64,000 nucleotides of DNA, taken from assembly GCA_044226545.1 (NCBI GenBank), contig JBGAGW010000007.1:557-64556 (forward strand), given 5' to 3'. The DNA comes from Limisphaerales bacterium (GTDB lineage: Bacteria > Verrucomicrobiota > Verrucomicrobiia > Limisphaerales > SXQI01). The stretch's first letter is position 1. Every line of letters begins with the position of its first letter. The notes under the pieces were generated by a model, which was not told where the DNA came from, did no database searches, and saw only the letters and a program-made list of their open reading frames with translations. A program made the position numbers and the translations under genes. Below are positions 29,919 to 39,146 of the stretch, piece after piece.

Positions 29919-31493
29919 TTAAGCCCAATAACGGTAATCCACGTCGGGAAAAATGTTGTCGACTTGTTCGATGGCTGTTAGCCATGCGTCGTCGACCGTC
30001 GTACTGGTGAGTTGCTCATGTAGAGCGATGAATCGCAGCAGGTGATCCTTCACTCGTCGCTTTGCGTATTCGGGACTGGTCCCCGTCCGCATGATGAAAG
30101 GCCAATCGCTTGCCTGCGCCAGCAACAATTCTCGAGCCGCCTGTTTCAAAGCTCGTTTCTCCAACCCCTCAGCGGTCGGAAACCTGCGCGCAAGGTCCGT
30201 CATCCGCATTTGGGCCACATCCAGATGCGGATAAATCCATGAGTTCGTTTCGTTCAGCCACACCTTCCAGTAGCCCTCCTCGCCCCAGGACGACGAGCTC
30301 GGCCGCGCAATCTGGTGCGTCGGATTATCCTTCAAATATTCCCCGGGAGTCGTCAGCCGCAGTGTCTGCTGGTCGAAAACTGCCTTTCGGAAGAAGAAAT
30401 CGAGAAACTGCGGTCCCTCGTACCACCAATGCCCGAACAATTCGGCATCGTACGGCGACAATACGAACGGCGGCCGATCCATTGCCAGCGCCGCCTCCCG
30501 AATCTGCGCCACGCGCGCATCGAGGAAATGTTGTGCGTGCACCGCGGCGGTTTCGCGCGCCGCTTCCGGGTCATAAACCTCCTTCTCCCCGGTCCTTCCC
30601 GTGATCTTGTAATATTTGATCCCGGTAAAACTGCGCACTGGCGGCGCGGGCAAATAGGGCGCGATGTAATCCAAATCAAGGTCGTACGCGATGTCCCTGT
30701 AAAAGTCGCGATATCGCGGATCGCCAGGATACCCTTCATTTCGGCTCCAAACCTGTTTCGCTGAGTCGAAATCCCGACCGAATGCTGCGACGCCATTTGC
30801 AGTGTAAATAGGATCGTACGTCCCATATCGCGGCTGCGGACGTGCATAGAGAACACCGTGTGTCTCCGTCACAAACCAGCGAATGTTCGCTTCTTTCAGC
30901 ACTTCCTCCACACCCGCTACGTAGGCGCATTCCGGCAGCCAAATCCCGCGCGGCTCAACACCGAAGCACGATTTGTAATGATCACGCGCCACAAGAACCT
31001 GGGCTCGGACGGATTGGGAATGGTTCTCTAATAACGGGAGAAGCGCGTGCGTCGCCGCGCAGGTGATGATCTCGATCTTGCCCAGTTCCTGAAATTTGCG
31101 GAAGGCGGCGACAAGATTTCCTTCGCATCGTTCCCATGTTTTTCGCGCCGCCTGGAACCGTTCGAAATACATCTTTGCGAGCGGCCGCAGTGGCTTTTCC
31201 CAATATGTTCGGTGCGTCTCCTTTTCCGCCAATTCGATCAACCCCTCGAGATGCTTCACGTAGCGCGAGCACAGGAGGGGATCGAGCAGCATCGAGCAAA
31301 GCGTTGGGGTCAGCGAGAGCGTCAGGCGCGTCTCCATTCCATCCGCCAGCCACTGCTCCATCATGCCGATCAGCGGCAGATACGTTTCGGTGATCGCCTC
31401 AAAAAGCCAATTCTCCTCCAGAAATTTTGGATGCTCCGGATGGCGCACGAATGGCAGGTGCGCGTGGAGAACCATGGCGAAGTAGCCTTCCAT
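29919..31493 (-). CDS. Glycoside hydrolase family 57 alpha-glucan branching enzyme-like protein
   Basis: YFAMVLHAHLPFVRHPE and WFVTETHG match the GH57 (DUF1957-type) branching-enzyme pattern. Start at ATG 31491-31493 (524 aa). Confidence 0.85.
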   Translation of the reverse strand: MEGYFAMVLHAHLPFVRHPEHPKFLEENWLFEAITETYLPLIGMMEQWLADGMETRLTLSLTPTLCSMLLDPLLCSRYVKHLEGLIELAEKETHRTYWEKPLRPLAKMYFERFQAARKTWERCEGNLVAAFRKFQELGKIEIITCAATHALLPLLENHSQSVRAQVLVARDHYKSCFGVEPRGIWLPECAYVAGVEEVLKEANIRWFVTETHGVLYARPQPRYGTYDPIYTANGVAAFGRDFDSAKQVWSRNEGYPGDPRYRDFYRDIAYDLDLDYIAPYLPAPPVRSFTGIKYYKITGRTGEKEVYDPEAARETAAVHAQHFLDARVAQIREAALAMDRPPFVLSPYDAELFGHWWYEGPQFLDFFFRKAVFDQQTLRLTTPGEYLKDNPTHQIARPSSSSWGEEGYWKVWLNETNSWIYPHLDVAQMRMTDLARRFPTAEGLEKRALKQAARELLLAQASDWPFIMRTGTSPEYAKRRVKDHLLRFIALHEQLTSTTVDDAWLTAIEQVDNIFPDVDYRYWA

Positions 31494-31500
31494 TCCTCTT

Positions 31501-33342
31501 TTACAGATTTTCCGCCCGTGGGCTGCGCAACGCGGAATCCTGTGGATGCGCTTCAACATGCCCGTGATAATCCGTCGTCCGGCTAAATTCTAAAATGGCT
31601 GCGCGTGCCTCTACGCCGTCCGCGGACGCCGCCACCGCCGGTAATCCATACCGTCCGTCGGGCAGCGCAAAGCGAAAACTAAAGGTCCCATCCGGCCGCA
31701 ACTTCACCGGACGTTCCGCGACAGTCACTTTCGCGTCCGGCTCCGTCGCTCCATAAATGATCAACTCCGCATTCACCTTGAACCAAAACTTCCGGTCGCG
31801 TTCTGGCATTTCACCTCCCACCGGACTTGATATATTGATCATGCCGCCGCCCGGGCCCGCTGCTTCGACTGTTTGTCGCGTCAATTCCGCCGCTGCAATC
31901 GAAGCGACCTCTTCCTCAAGTTGCCGCCGAACCAGTTCCGTAATCTCGATCGAGCCCATCCACACCCGCCGATAACCGTCGATGCTGATCAACCGTCTCA
32001 ACGCCTCTTTCCGTTCCGCTGTCCAGGGCTGCGCCCGTTCCACTCGAATGGGAATTTCGACCTTGTTCTTGCGCGGCGGCTTCGAAGCCTCACGCAACGG
32101 AAACTGAACTGGCTCGGCCGCCGGTACCGCAATCGGAACTCCACTCACCTCTGCCGACGCATGGTAGGACGCGCTCTCCGAGCGCGCCGCTTGGGAAACA
32201 CCAGAATTTTGACGGTTCGAGGGGGCTTCAATACTCGCCCCGCTGCCTTCCTCTTTTTTTTGCACCTCCTGCGCGGCGATTACCGCTTCCAGCAGGGGTT
32301 GATGCCCCGTCACGAACTCCTGTACGGTTTTCACGACTTGGTCGAACGTCACCTGCACCGGAATGGTTGCGAACTCCACAGCCGCGGGTTCGGGCGAGGG
32401 CGCATCCGGCGGTGTAAACGTGCTCTGCGATTTTGTAATCTGCTCCCATGCCCCCGCTCTGGAATAAAAACCCAACTCCGCCCAATAACGAGTTTCCGGC
32501 CGTGGCACATTGACAAAGAAATTCCGCGATTCGGGATTCACATGCACATCCGGCACCACCGGCTTGGCCTCCGCCTCGGCATAGACCCTCAGCACTAAAT
32601 GTCCGTCGCGACTTTGTCGGTTAAACTCCCGCTGTTGCTCCGGCATTAGATCCCACGACGCGTAAAGCCAACGAGGATCGCGCGCGGTCAAAAACAGCCG
32701 GCGCGTCCCATAACCTTCGGGCAGCTCCGTCCTCTGCTCTGCGGTGGGCGCTGACTTCGGCGCCGCCATCGGTTGAACGGCCAGCGCGTACCGCGCTCCG
32801 GGGCCAGCCGCTTTCGGGGTCGGCGGCAGGTCCCCCTCGAGTAAAATGGGCGGAATACTCAGCGGCTTCTCCGGGGGCTTCACCTTTGCTTTGGCCGCAA
32901 CACTAACCGGTCTTCCCTGTCGAACAGGCTCCTCTTTTGAAACAGGTTTTCCTCTTGCGGGTTGAACCTGATTAACGCTCTCCTTCTTCGAATCCTCCAA
33001 CTTCGGACGCTCCGCAGTCTTTGCGACCGGTGCTTCCGTCTTTTCCACTTCCAAAGCCAGCACCGGTTTCGCTGCTTTCACTTCCGGCTTCGCACCTGCC
33101 AGAGTCGCTTCTGGTGGTTTTGCCGATGCTGCTTTCGATGCTGTAAACGCAGGCTTTTTCGCGGCTTTTTTCGAAACTTTCTTGCCTTCAGACGGCGCAG
33201 AAGCCATTGCTTCAAGCGAAATCGCCCCCGAGGTCTTCTTTGCAGGGCTGGACTTTCTGCCCGGCGCTTTGGGCGTTTTCGCCGACGAAGTTTTCACTGA
33301 GCTCTTTGAAGACCCCGCTGACTTTTTCGCGGGGGATTTCAT
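31501..33342 (-). CDS. DUF4912-like protein with a long Lys/Ala/Pro-rich N-terminal region
   Basis: RLFLTARDPRWLYASWDL...HLVLRVY and the C-terminal FKVNAELIIYGATEPDAKVTV...LRPDGTFSFRFALPDG resemble DUF4912. The first ~170 aa are a basic, low-complexity AKK/PAKK-type region. Its stop is 7 nt upstream of the GH57 start. Confidence 0.65.
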   Translation of the reverse strand: MKSPAKKSAGSSKSSVKTSSAKTPKAPGRKSSPAKKTSGAISLEAMASAPSEGKKVSKKAAKKPAFTASKAASAKPPEATLAGAKPEVKAAKPVLALEVEKTEAPVAKTAERPKLEDSKKESVNQVQPARGKPVSKEEPVRQGRPVSVAAKAKVKPPEKPLSIPPILLEGDLPPTPKAAGPGARYALAVQPMAAPKSAPTAEQRTELPEGYGTRRLFLTARDPRWLYASWDLMPEQQREFNRQSRDGHLVLRVYAEAEAKPVVPDVHVNPESRNFFVNVPRPETRYWAELGFYSRAGAWEQITKSQSTFTPPDAPSPEPAAVEFATIPVQVTFDQVVKTVQEFVTGHQPLLEAVIAAQEVQKKEEGSGASIEAPSNRQNSGVSQAARSESASYHASAEVSGVPIAVPAAEPVQFPLREASKPPRKNKVEIPIRVERAQPWTAERKEALRRLISIDGYRRVWMGSIEITELVRRQLEEEVASIAAAELTRQTVEAAGPGGGMINISSPVGGEMPERDRKFWFKVNAELIIYGATEPDAKVTVAERPVKLRPDGTFSFRFALPDGRYGLPAVAASADGVEARAAILEFSRTTDYHGHVEAHPQDSALRSPRAENL

Positions 33343-33487
33343 ACATTCCGCGCGCCTGCGCTCGCATTCCTATCCACCGCGCCAGTATCCGCAACATTCC
33401 CTAGTGTGCAACGGAAAATCAGGGCCGCGGTTTTCCAGGCTTATCTCTCGACTGTAAGAAGGTGAAGCGGCCACGGCACGGCGAATG

Positions 33488-34912
33488 TTAGTCTGATGTC
33501 GCCGAGCGCGCTTGAGTGATGACAGGCTTCGGCGGTGCGACAAGAAACTCAAACCACTTTGATCGGCTCACGACGATATCGATCGCGACCTCGTCACCTT
33601 CTTCGAAAGCAAGAGGAACAACACGAACCAATCGATCCCATCTGGCCGCAAATCCGCCGGAGGGAACACACAGCCCCACGTTGACCTTTTGCGCCTCTTC
33701 GTCGCCTTGCTTTCGAACATAGATTTGCAATTCATCGTTGTCGGCTTTTCCGATTACTTCCAGGATCAAAAACGGGGTTTTTTGAACCCAAGATTCTATT
33801 CCGGGTGACCCGCGATACTCGCTATCGGAGCCCGAACCGATCTCGCCACCGTAAGGAACGTGGCCGGGATACGTTTTACTGCTGAAGATACCTTCCCGAA
33901 AGCCATTCGTAATCGAAAAGCTTCCGCCGCCACAAAGTGCCCAGACATCCACTTTCATTCCCCGAAAATCCCGATGTTGTCCAATAGCGACGATTTCCTG
34001 GTTCGCTGGCACTCTCATATGCTCGAACGAAAATCTTTCCATGCTGTTGAAATGCGACAACCCAGTTCGAATAACCCGGCTGCGCACTCGCCACGCCGAC
34101 TCTCGAAGGCAGAGCGGCGTTTCAGAGCGATTGCCAGTCGCGTCTTCAAATTGCCGTCTATACAACTTTGCCCCAGACCATGTGGAGTTAAGCCCTTCCA
34201 CCGCGCATGCCGGCTGCAACCACGCACCGAGCGGAGCATCTTTGTTGGGTATCCACGAAAATCCGGTGAACGTTGCCTTGGCCTCGCGGTCGCTGCGCGC
34301 ACAAAGACTCTCAGGCTCCCAGTTCGGAAATTTTGCGTATAAAGGATTCCGCACCTCCAAATAGCCGTGACACTCCTGCTCGCGGAAAAGACCGAGTTTG
34401 AATTTCCTTTCGCGACGGGGAAAGGCAGACATCGTTGCCGATAGTAAATACTGTTTTCCCCATTGCTGCCCGCCGCCTCTGCTCGCTTCATGGAACATGC
34501 AGCCGTGAGAATCAATCGGAACAACCATCCTCCGATTCAGCACTCTCCAGCTTGCAAGGAAATACACCGTGAGCGGCTCCGCCAGTTCAACAATCGCAGG
34601 TCTTGCAGAATTTTCCGGGATCTCTGTGACTCCATCCGGAATTCGTGCTTTCCACTTGGCCGGTGCAATCATGCGTCCGATTCGATAAAGCGGCGGATCA
34701 TAGCGAAAAGCGTTCGTTCCAACTGTAACTCCAACAACTCGAATCCACTCATCGTTCTCGAGCCGCAAAACTCCGCGTTGGCTTGAAAAATGCGCATAAA
34801 GTCCGAAGGCAAGCGCGAGAGTGAGCACCACCACGCTTGTCCAGATCAGCCGTTGATATTTGGCTTTACTCGCGGGCACGAATACTTCGGCAAAATGAAA
34901 GCTACTGAACAT
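33488..34912 (-). CDS. Hypothetical N-terminally membrane-anchored protein (474 aa)
   Basis: A single hydrophobic helix LIWTSVVVLTLALAFGLYA near the N-terminus. The remainder looks beta-rich with no recognised motif. ATG confirmed at 34910-34912. Confidence 0.55.
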   Translation of the reverse strand: MFSSFHFAEVFVPASKAKYQRLIWTSVVVLTLALAFGLYAHFSSQRGVLRLENDEWIRVVGVTVGTNAFRYDPPLYRIGRMIAPAKWKARIPDGVTEIPENSARPAIVELAEPLTVYFLASWRVLNRRMVVPIDSHGCMFHEASRGGGQQWGKQYLLSATMSAFPRRERKFKLGLFREQECHGYLEVRNPLYAKFPNWEPESLCARSDREAKATFTGFSWIPNKDAPLGAWLQPACAVEGLNSTWSGAKLYRRQFEDATGNRSETPLCLRESAWRVRSRVIRTGLSHFNSMERFSFEHMRVPANQEIVAIGQHRDFRGMKVDVWALCGGGSFSITNGFREGIFSSKTYPGHVPYGGEIGSGSDSEYRGSPGIESWVQKTPFLILEVIGKADNDELQIYVRKQGDEEAQKVNVGLCVPSGGFAARWDRLVRVVPLAFEEGDEVAIDIVVSRSKWFEFLVAPPKPVITQARSATSD

Positions 34913-35061
34913 TTAGGCAATATCGAAGTTCCTGGGCAGTCGAGGGTCCTGCTAAATCGAACGGATGCACTTTAAATCAAACGAATGAGCAAGGGTAATG
35001 CTGCACGAAACGAATTCAAACCGTGTTGTGCTATGCCCGAAGTTCGTTTAACAATTTGCAC

Positions 35062-36003
35062 ATGCCTCTTACACAGAAAGTCTTTGCGCTGCTTTGCTCT
35101 GCCGCGCTCTTCTCTACGCTTGCCGCTGATAAAAAGCTGACCGTCGGCTTCAGCCAGATTGGCGCCGAGAGCGGATGGCGCACCGCTGAAACCGAGTCGA
35201 TTCAGTCCGAAGCCAAAAAGCGCGGAGTGGACCTCAAGTATTCCGATGCGCAGCAAAAGCAGGAAAATCAGATCAAAGCCCTGCGCGCCTTCGTAGCTCA
35301 ACGTGTTGACGCCATCATTCTCGCGCCGGTCGTTGAAACCGGTTGGGAACCGGTCCTGCGCGAAGTGAAACGCGCGAAAATTCCAGTAATTCTGGTCGAT
35401 CGTGGCATCAAAGTCGGCGACCAATCGCTTTATACCACGCTAATTGCCTCGGACTTCGTCTCAGAAGGCCGCATGGCTGGCGAATGGCTGGCCAAGAAGC
35501 TCAATGGCAAAGGCAATATCGTTGAACTTCAGGGTACCGCCGGCGCTGCTCCAGCCAATGATCGCAAGAAAGGTTTTGCCGAGGTCGTTCAGAAGCATCC
35601 GGGCATGAAGATCATCAAATCGCAAAGTGGTGATTTCACCCGTGCGAAAGGGAAGGAAGTGATGGAAGCCTTCCTCAAGGCTGAAGGCAAAAATATTAAC
35701 GCGGTTTACGCTCACAACGACGATATGGCTCTCGGCGCCCTGCAGGCCATCGAGGAAGCCGGGCTGCAACCCGGCAAAGATATTATCGTCGTTTCAATTG
35801 ACGGGGTGAAAGGCGCATTCGAAGCGATGGTTGCAGGTAAATTAAACTGCACCGTGGAATGTAATCCTCTGCTTGGTCCCGCCGCTTTTGATGCCGTCGA
35901 AGCCGCTGTTGCCGGCAAACCCGTCGAGAAAAACATCATTGTGAAGGACGAGGTCTACGAGCAATCCGTTGCGAAGGATGTAATCGGACAACGCAAGTAC
36001 TAG
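35062..36003 (+). CDS. Sugar ABC transporter periplasmic binding protein (YtfQ/RbsB-like, PBP type 1)
   Basis: Signal peptide MPLTQKVFALLCSAALFSTLAA. KLTVGFSQIGAESGWR...QIKALRAFVAQRVDAIILAPV matches monosaccharide (galactofuranose/ribose-type) binding proteins. Confidence 0.85.
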   Translation: MPLTQKVFALLCSAALFSTLAADKKLTVGFSQIGAESGWRTAETESIQSEAKKRGVDLKYSDAQQKQENQIKALRAFVAQRVDAIILAPVVETGWEPVLREVKRAKIPVILVDRGIKVGDQSLYTTLIASDFVSEGRMAGEWLAKKLNGKGNIVELQGTAGAAPANDRKKGFAEVVQKHPGMKIIKSQSGDFTRAKGKEVMEAFLKAEGKNINAVYAHNDDMALGALQAIEEAGLQPGKDIIVVSIDGVKGAFEAMVAGKLNCTVECNPLLGPAAFDAVEAAVAGKPVEKNIIVKDEVYEQSVAKDVIGQRKY

Positions 36004-36006
36004 CGC

Positions 36007-37560
36007 GTGCCCGAGCTTGCCTCATCCCAAACGTCCGGTCAGGTCCTCCTAGCCGCACGCGGTCTTTCAAAATCCTTTCCGGGCGTGAAAGCCCTACTGC
36101 AGGTCGATTTCACCCTGCGGACTGGAGAGATTCACGCGCTCCTGGGGGAGAACGGCGCGGGCAAATCCACACTCATCAAAGTGCTCACGGGCGTGTATGT
36201 AGCGGATGGCGGAACGATTGAACTCGCCGGTGCTCGCGTCGCGCCTCGCTCCACGCTCGAAGCGCAGCACGCCGGGATCAGCACCGTTTACCAGGAGGTC
36301 AATCTCATCCCGCAACTCAGCGTTGCCGAAAACATCTGCCTCGGCCGCCAACCGCGAACACTTGGTTTCGTTCGCTGGTGCAAGGTCCGCGCAAAAGCGC
36401 GTGAGGCGTTGCAACGGCTCGGCATCGATATCGATGTCAACCAACCGCTATCCTCCTACTCCATCGCCATTCAGCAACTCGTCGCGATTGCCCGCGCGGT
36501 TGATCTCTCCGCCAAAGTGCTGATCCTGGATGAACCGACCTCAAGCCTCGACCGCGACGAAGTCCATCGTCTGTTCGGCATCATGCGCAAACTCAAGCAA
36601 TCCGGCCTCGGTATTGTTTTCGTGACCCATTTTCTTGATCAAGTCTACGCCGTCTCGGACCGCATTACCGTCCTGCGCAATGGACAACTCGTCGGCAGCT
36701 ACCCTGTGGCGGAACTTCCGCGCCTGGAACTCATCAGTAAAATGATCGGCCGGGACGCTTCGGCCCTGGAACATGGTGCGGCTTCTGGCGCAGATTCCAG
36801 TTCACCGCAAAAAACAGTTCTTTTGGAAGCGCGCAACTTGGGCCGCCGCAATTCTGTAGATGCTCTCAATTTTCGGCTCGCTCCTGGTGAGGTGCTTGGC
36901 CTTGCCGGGCTGCTCGGCTCGGGCCGTACCGAGACCGCCCGCCTTCTTTTCGGCATCGACCGCCCCACCTGTGGCGAACTGCGGATCGATGCTGAGCCTG
37001 TGCATCGTCTCACTCCTAAACGCGCCCTCGGTTTACGCTTCGGCTTCCTCTCCGAAGACCGCAAGAATGAAGGAATCATTCCCAACCTCTCGATTCGCGA
37101 GAACATCGTCCTTTCCCTCCAATCGCGTCGTGGACCCTTCCGTCCCGTTTCGCGTGCCCAGCAAAATGAATTGGCGGACCGCTACATCAAAGCACTTCGC
37201 ATCTCGACGCCCGATGCTGAAAAGCCCATCAAGTTTCTGAGCGGTGGAAATCAGCAAAAAGTTCTTCTCGGCCGCTGGCTCGCTTCCGAGCCGCGCTTCC
37301 TTATCCTAGACGAACCCACGCGCGGGATTGATGTAGGCGCAAAGTTTGAAATTCTGAATCTCACAAGCGATCTTGTGAGCAAAGGCATGGCCATTCTTTT
37401 CATCTCTTCCGAATTGGAAGAAGTCGTCCGTAGTTGTACTCGGGTATTGGTCTTAAGGGACCGTCGACAAGTCGCGGAACTCGGTGGCGCAGAGATTACC
37501 GAACCCGCCATCATGCGGACCATCGCCGCCGAAACGCCCACAACCGAAGCCGCGATATGA
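36007..37560 (+). CDS. Sugar ABC transporter ATP-binding protein (duplicated ABC domains, YtfR/RbsA-like)
   Basis: Walker A GENGAGKST, LILDEPTSSLD, a second signature LSGGNQQKV and LILDEPTRGID. GTG start 3 nt after the binding-protein stop. Confidence 0.9.
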   Translation: MPELASSQTSGQVLLAARGLSKSFPGVKALLQVDFTLRTGEIHALLGENGAGKSTLIKVLTGVYVADGGTIELAGARVAPRSTLEAQHAGISTVYQEVNLIPQLSVAENICLGRQPRTLGFVRWCKVRAKAREALQRLGIDIDVNQPLSSYSIAIQQLVAIARAVDLSAKVLILDEPTSSLDRDEVHRLFGIMRKLKQSGLGIVFVTHFLDQVYAVSDRITVLRNGQLVGSYPVAELPRLELISKMIGRDASALEHGAASGADSSSPQKTVLLEARNLGRRNSVDALNFRLAPGEVLGLAGLLGSGRTETARLLFGIDRPTCGELRIDAEPVHRLTPKRALGLRFGFLSEDRKNEGIIPNLSIRENIVLSLQSRRGPFRPVSRAQQNELADRYIKALRISTPDAEKPIKFLSGGNQQKVLLGRWLASEPRFLILDEPTRGIDVGAKFEILNLTSDLVSKGMAILFISSELEEVVRSCTRVLVLRDRRQVAELGGAEITEPAIMRTIAAETPTTEAAI

Positions 37561-38447
37561 GCCTTCCGACCGATACCAGCAGTGAGATAACGCCCGAAGC
37601 CCTTGGTTTCAAACGCGAGTTACGCCTTAACAAGAGCATTGTTTTCCTCCCGCCCGCGCTCGAGATCGTTCCTCAACTCCTGCGTTTTCTTGGGGACGAA
37701 GAAAAGGATGGGGAGATGCTTGCCGAACTCATTCGGCTGGATCCAGGACTCACGACAGACGTTCTGCGCGTTGCGAACAGCGCGGCGTTCGCAGGCGCAG
37801 TTCGGATGGAAAACCTGAACGCGGCTGTCCTCCGCCTCGGTCTGCGCGAGGTCTATCGAATTGTTTTGGAAGTCGTTGCTTCCCCGGTTTTTCTTAATGC
37901 GACCCAGCCCGGTGCGGCCAGTCTTGACCTTTGGAAGCACTCCGTGCGCGCGGCAGTGTCAGCTCAGGTGCTCGCGCGCTGGCTTGGCGAGGATGCGGAA
38001 CTTGCGTTTACCGCAGCTCTCGTGCACGACATAGGAAAAATAGTTTTCCACCAGCTCTTCGGCGATCAATACGTGAATTTCGTCCACGAAGCGCAGGATC
38101 AAAGCGCCGCTCTGCACCAACGCGAGATTGGCCGATTCAGTACAGATCACGCCAGCGTGGGCGGTCGTCTGCTCAAACGCTGGAACTTCCCGGAGTCGAT
38201 CATTCACACCGTTCAATTCCATCATGAAGCCGCGCGGTGCCCTAAACCCGATCTGCACCTGGTTTCCCTCATTTCCGCCGCCAACCTTCTAGCCTACAAG
38301 ATCGGTGAAGGCGTTCCGGCCTACCTCGTGAGCTCCGCCCCCCCCGTGTTGAAGAATCTTACGGTAGCCCATCTTGCGGATCTTTGGGCCTATGAAAATG
38401 AAGCTCGTGAGGCCTTCGAACGCGAAAGTGCGCGCATGCCAACCTAG
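37557..38447 (+). CDS. HDOD domain-containing signalling protein
   Basis: LPPALEIVPQLLRFL...LAELIRLDPGLTTDVLRVANSAAFAG and ALVHDIGKIVF are characteristic of HDOD (HD-related output domain). The ATG overlaps the ATPase stop codon (ATGA). Confidence 0.75.
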   Translation: MSLPTDTSSEITPEALGFKRELRLNKSIVFLPPALEIVPQLLRFLGDEEKDGEMLAELIRLDPGLTTDVLRVANSAAFAGAVRMENLNAAVLRLGLREVYRIVLEVVASPVFLNATQPGAASLDLWKHSVRAAVSAQVLARWLGEDAELAFTAALVHDIGKIVFHQLFGDQYVNFVHEAQDQSAALHQREIGRFSTDHASVGGRLLKRWNFPESIIHTVQFHHEAARCPKPDLHLVSLISAANLLAYKIGEGVPAYLVSSAPPVLKNLTVAHLADLWAYENEAREAFERESARMPT

Positions 38448-38506
38448 TGCGCTGAAAACCGTTTGCGCTGCCCCACACCTCAATCGTAAGGTCCAGCCTC
38501 AAAAGT

Positions 38507-39097
38507 TTGGTCATGGCTAGCAACAGTTCGGCTCTGATTTTACCGGCCCAACCCGCCAAAAGTGCGGCTTCGACCAATCTCGATATTCGTGGTATCAAGG
38601 GACCGGTCTACATTCCCAGCTCGTACGCGTGGATCGGATGGACTTTATTGGCACTCGCTCTCCTCGTTGCAGCCTGGTTCGCCTGGAAAAAACTTAGGCG
38701 ACGCAAAACGATTGCCCGACCGGCGGTCGTCATACCTCCGCATCGACGAGCCAAAGACCGTTTGCGTAATGTCAACGAGCTCCTGTCCGATCCTTATGCC
38801 TTTTGTTCACTCGTTTCGGACGTCATCCGCACTTACCTGGAAGAACGTTTTGATCTGCACGCGCCGGATCGCACGACCGAAGAATTCCTGGAGGAAATGC
38901 GTTCGAAGGCAGTGCTTCATCCGGACCACAAAGCCCTTCTCGAAGAATTCCTTTCGCGGTGCGACCTGGTAAAGTTCGCCCGGTTCGAGCCAACACAGGA
39001 CGAGCTCAAAGCTCTGCTCGATTCCGCCTTGCGATTCATTGATGAGACTGCACCGCTTGCCGCCTCCGATGAGCCTGCCGTTGCTGTGAGCGCCTAG
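38507..39097 (+). CDS. DUF4381-like single-pass membrane protein
   Basis: IRGIKGPVYIP, the TM segment WIGWTLLALALLVAAWFAW followed by KKLRRRK, then AKDRL...TTEEFLEEM...CDLVKFARFEP. This is the pattern I associate with DUF4381. Confidence 0.6.
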   Translation: MVMASNSSALILPAQPAKSAASTNLDIRGIKGPVYIPSSYAWIGWTLLALALLVAAWFAWKKLRRRKTIARPAVVIPPHRRAKDRLRNVNELLSDPYAFCSLVSDVIRTYLEERFDLHAPDRTTEEFLEEMRSKAVLHPDHKALLEEFLSRCDLVKFARFEPTQDELKALLDSALRFIDETAPLAASDEPAVAVSA

Positions 39098-39146
39098 CGT
39101 TCTTCGTTGCGGGAAGACCGAACGCCGCTAATCTGCGCGTCAGCCT

